Assembly: GCA_018398765.1 (NCBI GenBank)
Contig: JAHBMJ010000037.1
Location: forward strand, 1 to 58,672
DNA length: 58,672 nt
From: Chromera velia
Lineage: Eukaryota
Reading direction: 5' to 3'
In this document: one piece after another, positions 50,446 to 58,672 of the stretch
How the letters are laid out: each line of letters starts with the position of its first letter
Position numbering within the stretch: position 1 is the stretch's first letter
Program-made: the position numbers and the translations under genes
Notes under the pieces: generated by a model
The model's database searches: none
What the model was told of the DNA's origin: nothing
What the model saw: only the letters and a program-made list of their open reading frames with translations

Positions 50446-51993
50446 TAGCTCTCATTATTAGCCTCTTAATTAACTAAATACTAACTATTTAAATTAAAAC
50501 ATTCACGACTTTTTTTAAATTTTTTTAATAGGGTGAGTAGATCAATTCATTATATTAATATTAATCAATATTTAATTTAATTGACCAAATTGTATAAATG
50601 ATATTATTAACTAACATAATATTAAACTTAAATATAGTTCTGCTCTAACTCTAAGAGACTAGATCTGGGTAGCCTTCATGATGCCGGCAAGTACTATGAA
50701 GGGGTTCTCATGGGAGAGACACGTCCTGCTTGCTTGTGCCCAATAAATATCGAGCGGTTTCTCTCATTCGGGGCAAACGAGACGGTGGTACGTGGTATGT
50801 GCATCACTGCTAAATCGACTCGTGCATGCAATCAGAAGACTCATACATGCAATCAGGTCAGTCAATTTACATCAATTATTTTTGTATTGCAGCTTTCTGT
50901 GCCCCCTTTCTCTGCATAATAGAAAAGTCCGATACTACGTCAAGAGTGTAAGGGAGGAGTTTCATGTTCTCAGTCTTTCTGATCAACTCATTCACTGTGG
51001 GGAAACGAAATGATGAACGCAACCATCTGAAGGAGCTCTCTCTTGGAGATCACCATCGGAATGGTGGTCGTCTTCATCCCCCCTCGCTTCAGGAAGTCAA
51101 TCAACCTTCCGTTCATCTCATCGTTATCTCTGCTGAGCCCCTCTTGCTCCACCCATACAATCATCTTAGCAAGCAAAGCGTTGGCAGAAGCATTAAGCTT
51201 TCGCTTCTCACTGTCTGTGTTGTCAGGGAGCCTGCTAAAAAGCTCTTTGAATCCGCACACCAACCTGATGGAGGTGCTGGGTCTCAGCTTACATAGACTC
51301 TCCATACATAAATAAATAAATAAATAAATTTTGGTCACAACCTGAATTAGTTTTTTTATTTTTTTATTTTTGTACGTCAGCTGGGTTTTGAGCTTTGAAC
51401 TTGAAGTGACTGCTTCAAAAAAATAAACAAATAAATAAAAAGTAAAAGTGATTTTACGCAATTAACTTTTTTATTTTTTTACGTATATGAGGAGCCTAGC
51501 AATTCATAAACACGTACAGTATACGAGGTTAGTACAACTCAGAAAAACAGCTCTGACATATATGACTTTTACTATAAAAATAAAAAAAATATATAAAAAT
51601 GAGTGAATGAATAAGTGCATGATTGATTGATTCAATTTGCTAGAAAAATTGATGTCAAACCATAAATAGAGCTTTCAACTCGTGAGCAGTGTATACTTAC
51701 ATGATCTTATCCAATCTTAACGTTATTGAGGACCTAGTCGAGGACTGAGTTGGTGGAGTCAAACTCCTGGCAGTTCATGGTGACTTAAGTCTTCTTTATA
51801 GGTATCATTAATTATTAATCTATTCAAAAAATTTAAGACCATTACCGTACTTAAGTAATGCAATACTGGTTGATTGATTGATTGATTGATGCCAAACCCT
51901 AGGTGGACTTAGAACTCCCGGGCGGCGCATACATGCATGGGTCTGTTCAATTATACTAGCTGCAAGCTAAGTAGACGACAGTTATTCGAACTT

Positions 51994-53231
51994 AATCTAA
52001 TCAATCATTTACTACAATATGATGAGAAGTCATAAAGAGGAGAGAGGGTTGAGAGTGCAAGAGCGATGTAATGAACTTGCGAACCCCCAAATCAGAAAAG
52101 GAGGCGGATGTAAAGGGTGAGTCACAACAAATGAAACGCCGTTATGAAGTAATGCCAACCACTGCAAAAAGCCTTGTTCGGCAGTCCATCGGGGGCAGAC
52201 AGAGAGCCGATGAATAAAATCATCTACACATTGGCAGCAGGCTTCATAGGTGCACAGCTTTCTATCAGAGCAACCAATAGGTAGCCCACCTTGCCCGCCC
52301 ATCGGGTTGTATGTCAGCATGCACAAAAAAGAAAAGATTGAGCCATCCATAACTGACAGGGCAGAACGGAGAAGGGCAGAGATGGAGGGAACACCGGAGG
52401 ACGACTTGCTGTACAGGAGGAAGACAAACATATGGCGGGAGGACGGGAAGTCGCGCTGCAGAGGGGCGAGTCTAGCAAGAAGAGGACAGTGAGAGGAAGA
52501 TTGCCCATCATCCTCAGAAGCCTTCATGCATTCCTTTGCAACTGTCTGTCTCATCTTGCCCTTGAAGAAAAGTGAGCCGGTGCCTTGTGCCCTATGACCA
52601 TTCTGCCTGCGTTAGGAAGACAGATCAGGCTCAACCCTCAGCGAGCAGACAGAAATCAAATCAGCCCAACGAAACAGCCTGTTTATAAACCTTGTGAATT
52701 GTTGGCAGCAGTTATTTTTCCAGGTATGCAACATGGCTGCAGGAATAGTGTGTGTTATGATGGAAAGAGAGTGCCACCAGTCAGCCATGTGGAAGCAGAG
52801 AAGGGCTTTGCAAGGAAGAAGACCAAGGATGCAAAGAGAGGGCAGGCAGAGGCTGCAAGCAGACAAATGACCACACCAATGGGCAAACCGAAGCTGCAAA
52901 GCATCAAAAGCAAGCAGGTCTGCATCTCACACTGGCAGACATTCAAGGCAGTAGAGCGCTACGGAGGTCCAGCAAGCTCTAAAGACTGTTACCTGCACAT
53001 CAATGCTGAGTGGGCCCATACTCGCAATCAACCTAATTATCCCTCCCAGAGCCCGCGAAGCAAAAGCAATACGGGACTCAATTATTTTGTTCAAGCACCC
53101 TCCTTTAAAGAAAACACACCTCAGATATTTGTATTCGGATGTCCATTCAACTTCTTTCCCACCATACACGATTCTACCTGCAGAGTGCCCCAGAGCCAAG
53201 GCAGATAGACACAAGATTTTGGTTTTTTTAA
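51994..53231 (-). mobile_element. LINE (non-LTR retrotransposon) 3' portion: RT C-terminus, CCHC finger and GATT-repeat tail
   Basis: EVEWTSEYKYL...IIESRIAFASRA; RKLCTYEACCQCVDDFIHRLSVCP. Minus-strand tail GTAAATGATTGATTAGATT. Confidence 0.85.
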
Positions 53232-53979
53232 AAGTCTCTATGCTTGAAAATGGACCTCTATGCTGAAGTCTGACCTTTATATTGATGGTATTATTCTACG
53301 TTTTCTTGACATAAAATATAAGTTAATTAGATTATTTTTTTTTTAGTTTATTAATGGTAAATAAGCTGATAACAAATGTTTATGAATTTGGATTCAAGTT
53401 CTTAAAAGTAATTCAAGCGCTAGCTAATTAAAAGTGATTGATCAACAGTGACTGCTAGCTGCTGTGCGTGAATGTTTTTCAAATCTAAATCTGTTTAATG
53501 ATACTGTTAGCTAAAAAAGTTTTGAAATTTGACTATTATTCGATTAAGTATATATATGCGTATGAATGCGCGGCAAAAAGTTAAAAAAAAAAACTATAGT
53601 CTATCTAGATAATCTATATATTTTAAAGTTTTCACTATAAATGTTAGACTAGAATAAAATTAATTCTCTGGAAAACTTTTTTAAAAATAGTTTAGTGAGA
53701 ATGAGTTTTAAATTTTAATAGTATCAAAACAATGATCGAAAACTAAAATTTAATATTTTTTAAATATTATTTCAAGAGAGAACCTTGAAAAGGCCAATGT
53801 TCTAGCCATTTTGTTCTATTTGTTATTCAAATCGATTCTCATTGAAGAGTCGTTTCTGTACTTCTTCTACCATCGCCCAAAGAATGATATTCTGAGACAC
53901 CAACTTTTTATAGGACAAATCACGGAAACTCAGAGTGCCTCTGCCTTGAACGCATAAATGACATCCATTGGGTGAGGGA

Positions 53980-54679
53980 AGAAAACAAAACAAGTAAGCA
54001 AAACAGGAAGGCAACGGAAACGGAGAAAGGAAGAAGGCAAACAAGCAAAAAAAGGAAAAATGAAGGAAGAAAGGAAGCAAGGAAGGAAGGAAGGAAAGTA
54101 AAGAGTCTTAGACGAAGAAAGAAGGAAGGCCAATTAATAAACACAGAAGGCAGGACGGAAGGAAGGAAGGAAGAAAAGAATTAAGAAAATAAGAAAAAAG
54201 AAGGAAGAAAGAGAGGAAGGAAGGAAGGAAGGAAGGAAGGAAGAACGGCAGGCAGGGATAAAGGACAGAAGAAAATGAAAAAAGAAGGAACTTCAAGGAA
54301 AAAAGAAAGCAGCAGGGGATTCCCGAAGGAAGAAAGAAGCAAAAGGAGAGAGAGAGCAACGAAGGAAGGAAGAAGGAAGGAAGGAAGGAAGAAAGGAAGG
54401 AAGGAAAGAAGGAAAAAAGGAAGGAAGGAAAGAAACGAATAGAGGAAGGATGGGAGAAACAACGGAAGAAAGGAAAGATGAAAGACAGGAAGGAAACAGA
54501 CATAGAAAGCTTAAAAATTTTTAAATGAAAGAAAGAACGAAAGTAGGAGGGGGGAACGATGCAATAAAGGGAGGAAGGAAAGACGGAAAGAAGGGACTCC
54601 GACAAGGAAAGAAAGGAAGAAGGGATCGAAGAAAGAAGGAAGAAAGAAAGTCACAAAGAGAGAAAGAGAGAGAGAGGGA

Positions 54680-54719
<40 letters not shown>

Positions 54720-54830
54720 GAAAGAAAGGAAGGAGGGAAGAAAAAGGGGAAGGCACAAAAACAATAATTAAGGAAAGAAGAGGAAAAAAACAATAAAGAT
54801 GGAAGGAAAAAGGAAAGAAAAGAAGCTGTG
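53980..54830. repeat. Purine-rich (GGAA)n/(GA)n low-complexity tract
   Basis: Read directly. Source of the F/L/P/S-rich ORFs. Confidence 0.93.
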
Positions 54831-55131
54831 CACTCCAACTGGAAAATATGAAGAAAAACAGAAGGGTATGAGGGAATTAACTTGTGTCAATAGAGCCAGA
54901 ACGGCGATATTCTTTTTAGAGACTTATTAATCACATGCTTACCCATAGTGACCGTGCAGAGGTGGCATCTCAGGGGACTTTTACACGCTTTTGAATCTTA
55001 TGTCCTGTACAGACAACAGTTCAGAAAAGACAGAGAACTGAAACGTACAATCGGATTACTGTGTGCATATGTAATACATGTATTCTGCTTTTATGATATC
55101 AAGAATTTGAGTGAACATATTGTTGGAGACC

Positions 55132-55352
55132 CTGCGGCGCCAACGGCTCCCCAACAATACCAAACCAGCCGGTTTGATATTGTTGGGGGGGAGTCAAAAA
55201 ATCAAAATTTCTAAAAGTCCAAATATAAAACATCGCTTTCGATAACGAAACTGAACGATCCCCCATCTCAACAAAAAAATGAAATTTTAACCCCCCCCCA
55301 ACAATATGGAACCGGCCGGTTTCATATTGTTAGAGAGCTGTCGGCGCCACTA
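55132..55352. mobile_element. Small MITE-like inverted-repeat element
   Basis: Inverted ends GCGGCGCCAACGGCTCCCCAACAATA / TATTGTTAGAGAGCTGTCGGCGCCAC. No TSD found. Confidence 0.6.
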
Positions 55353-55519
55353 ATTGCAACAACAATAAGCAATACAAGTGTTGTTTAAAAAGAAAAAACA
55401 AAAAGCAAGGTGAAACCACCCATCCGTAACATATTCCGAAGCCATCGTGCACCTCCTGAGAAAAACCTTTTTTTGAACCCCCCCCCCCTTTTTAGTGCCT
55501 GACTCCCCCTGGCACCCTC

Positions 55520-55800
55520 CTGCCGTCTCTGCCATCTCCACCGTCTCCGCAGTCTCCGCCGTCTCCACCGTCTCTACCGTCTTTGCAGTCTCCGCCATCT
55601 CTGCTGGCTCCACCGCCTCTAAAAACTCCTCCCCCCTTGCCTCCCCCCCAATTGACCTCCCCCAACTGCGCCCCGGCTTACTGTCTCAGCCGTCTCCGCC
55701 GTCTTCACCGTCTCTGTCGTCTCCACAGTCTCCGCTGTCTCTGCCATCTCCATCGTCTCCACCCTCCCTACCATCTGTACCATCTCCACCATCTCATCTA
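55520..55800. repeat. Degenerate 9-bp tandem repeat (CCGTCTCCG-like); a ~30-nt C run follows at 55875-55905
   Basis: Read directly. Minus frame reads ETAETVETAET. Confidence 0.8.
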
Positions 55801-55874
55801 GTCTTCTTTCTCTCTTTAAGTATCTTCATGCTCGCCTCTGTCCCTCCCCTTTTTTGACCCCCGAACCCGCCTCG

Positions 55875-55905
<31 letters not shown>

Positions 55906-57294
55906 TTGCCGCCGCTCGCGACCGCTCCCCCTTCCTCCTGAGCTCACATTCTGTCTACTCCTCTTCTTTCTAGATGCCCTCTCTTTCGCAGCTCCCTATG
56001 TATCCCGCTCTTTCAAGTTGACATTCTCGTTCACCCCCAACCCCCAACTCAGTCCTGCTCCTCTGCATGCAAACCTTGATGCACCATATGCATTACCACA
56101 AGGAGCAGCAGTGCCACACATCAGACAGTGTCATACAGACATTCACATAAAGAGCCCAGCTGGCAGAAGAACAAAGACAAGCACCAGCAACAGAGCTAGC
56201 ACCCACTTCAACGACAGAAAGGATCCGAAACTGCAGAAAAACCAAGAGACACACAAATTAGCCATAAAAAGACATCCAGGCCAATCCCTCTCTGAGAAAT
56301 CTGGGTTGTTTGCTGACATAGGTAGAAAATACAAAAGAGATGGGAGAGAGGAAATCAAGCTAGGAAATCAAGATAAGCCCCCTAGTACAATAGAGCGAGA
56401 GCAAAATCTGCTGGCGAGCAAGTAAGAGAAAACTTTAAGGCGTTCCATAAAGAGGGAAAGATATATTTCTACTGCATGGTTGCCTAATGGGTCTGGGGCG
56501 TTGCTTTCAACCCTTTTTCCAAACAATACCCAGAACCTACCAGAGAAGATTCCTAAAGACTCGATCTACTTCCCCGACAAAGCATAACTGGAGTCCCAAA
56601 TCCTGCATACATATACGTGAGAAGGAGGGGAGAAAATCTATGAGCATTCACCAGGGCACATCCTTTCTTGACGCCCAGCCTGACGCTGCATGACGCATTA
56701 CAACAACTTCATACAATCTGCAGATGGGCAGAGACGGGACTGTATACTCAACGGAAGAGCTTAGAGACAAAGGCAGCTCTACCTGCCCGACAAAGCACAA
56801 GAGGAGTTCCAAATCCTGCGTATACATACGTCAGAAGTAGAGGACAAAGCGCATCAACATTCAGCAAGTGGCATCCTTTTTTGACATAATGCAACAACTT
56901 CACACAATCTGCATATCTGCAGATCGAGATGACCAGACTTACCGGAAGAAGGAGTCACTAAGGTAGTTCCCGCTCCCCGACAAAGCACAACAGAAGTTTT
57001 AATACACACGATCGAAGTAAGTACGAATAAGGGGATAAAGCGCATAAGCATTCAGCAAGGCGGATCTGATGCAAAGACGACTTACACACACAGCCAATTA
57101 ATGAAAAAAGCATGCAGGGCCCTGGCATGAAAAACCGGATAATCGGTTCTGACGCAAGCAGCTATAATTAAATGCACCGCGACGCGGCCAGCGCGTGGCA
57201 TGCACGCGGATCCTGCGCCGTGCGCGCCATACAAGCACATAAAATACAAAGGTCAGACTTCAGGATGAAGGTCGGTTTTTGAGTATAGGGACTT

Positions 57295-58160
57295 TTTAAA
57301 TTCACAGTCAATCCCCATTCTTTGTAATACCTTTCCAAAGCTGAGAGCTTCTTTTGCAGATCTGAGACGGAATGAGTAAGGAAACAGAGATCATCCGCAT
57401 ACCCCAGACTGCCTAAGATGCAGTTGTCAAGGAGGACAGGTTCTCTCTCTCTCTGCCCTCCCCCATTCTGCTGTCTGACCATCCTGCTCCCTCTGTTTCT
57501 CTATCTACAGCCCCCTCGTTCTTACTAACTGAACACATGCGGGGAAGGTCATTAATATAGATAAGAAAGAGAATGGGAGAGAGAGCATCACCTTGTTTTA
57601 CCCCAGCGCCCTCCCAAAAATGCAAAGAGTCCCCGTCTACCTTTCCCCAGACCTCCCTGTTATTTCACAGATCATACACACATCTGCCTCACACACACCT
57701 TCTCTTCTCAGTTTCTGAATTAGCTTACTTCTCGGCACAGTGTCGAAGGCTTTAAAAAAATTAACAAAGCCTGCCAGCAGAGCTTTTTTTTTCTTTTTAG
57801 AGGAGAGTATGGCAGAGATAAGCACGCCTACCCCTTCCCTCGTTCCCACCCCTTGTCTGAAACCTAACTGCCTGACGTTAAGCTCAACTTGAGAGCGCAC
57901 ACGGCCGTCCATCGGCAAATCAAAAAGTTTTATGAAAGGGTTGATAACGTGAATAGGCCTCCATTCATTAGGACAAGGAGAGGCAGGGCCTTTAGGGATA
58001 GGGCAAATATGCACATTCCAGGAGGGAGGCCAGCAAGCAAAGATATGCGTACAATTGAACAAAACAAAAAATAAAAAACGAGACAGTGCCGAGTATATAA
58101 AACAAAGGTCAAACTGAGTGGGGGAGATTCCTTCAAGGCCAGAGGCTTTCTTAGGCCTGT
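57295..58160 (-). mobile_element. LINE reverse transcriptase core, decayed
   Basis: KKASGLEGIS; PIPKG...WRPIHVIN; QLGFRQG; FVNFFKAFDTV; GVKQGDALSPILFLIYINDL; YADDL; WGLTVNLK. Confidence 0.95.
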
Positions 58161-58369
58161 GCCCTCACAAACGGACTTTTGCCCTCAAGTCGGACTTTAA
58201 CATTTACTACTAATTTATACACATTATACTTAAATTAGAAATTCAATAAAACGCTATTAAAGAAATTATTTATAGTCTATAATATTCTATTAATCCTATC
58301 ATATCAGATTACATGATTTAAATGAGTTGCATTAATTAATACAATAAAAATTAAGTTTTATATTCAAGT

Positions 58370-58401
<32 letters not shown>

Positions 58402-58471
58402 GTACTCACTTTTTTAATTAGTTTAAATCATAATGAATGACACAATCAATCAGTTAATTAATCGATCCGGT

Positions 58472-58672
<201 letters not shown>

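Larger units (their letters stand above)
53232..57294. mobile_element. 4.06 kb TIR DNA element at a (T)TTAA site (Kolobok- or Sola3-like), splitting the LINE RT
   Basis: ~55-bp imperfect TIRs AAGTC(T/C)CTAT...CTGAAGTCTGACCTTT. TTTAA on both flanks. The flanks join as GLTVNL-KKTKILC in the LINE RT with a 1-nt slip in a T run. Confidence 0.85.

Noticed and set aside
51302..51492. Possible MITE with A-run/T-run layout
   Set aside because: Terminal match is weak and no TSD was found.
53920..54838. Hydrophobic F/L/S/P ORFs resembling membrane proteins
   Set aside because: Artefacts of (GGAA)n/(GA)n repeats.

Overview
Eukaryotic genomic DNA: spliceosomal GT-AG introns and microsatellite-rich introns are present. 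The DIX gene type and abundant TGCATGCA motifs suggest an alveolate of the chromerid/apicomplexan group, but this is inference. A ~15 kb gene island with no transposon insertion seen (30.4-45.2 kb) holds two divergent genes. One is a 3-exon DIX-domain protein gene with clathrin-box-like motifs (- strand). The other is a 12-exon gene for a ~2,390-aa CaMK-type probable pseudokinase with a C-terminal transmembrane anchor (+ strand). Both flanks are nests of decayed transposons whose ends and target-site duplications (TSDs) can mostly be read directly. They include a chromoviral Ty3/Gypsy element, a Ty1/Copia element with an unusually long integrase-RT spacer, an 8.2 kb intron-rich Sola-like DNA transposon, two non-autonomous LTR elements, a LINE split by a 4 kb TTAA element, and at least seven MITE-like elements, three with CTAGG-type ends and 8-bp TSDs. 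The most striking signal is mutational. Paired repeats differ almost only by C/T and G/A transitions, many in CpA/TpG context, and TE termini are eroded to TpA-rich sequence. This resembles fungal repeat-induced point mutation (RIP) in an apparently non-fungal genome. All alignments and counts were done by eye and no database searches were run.
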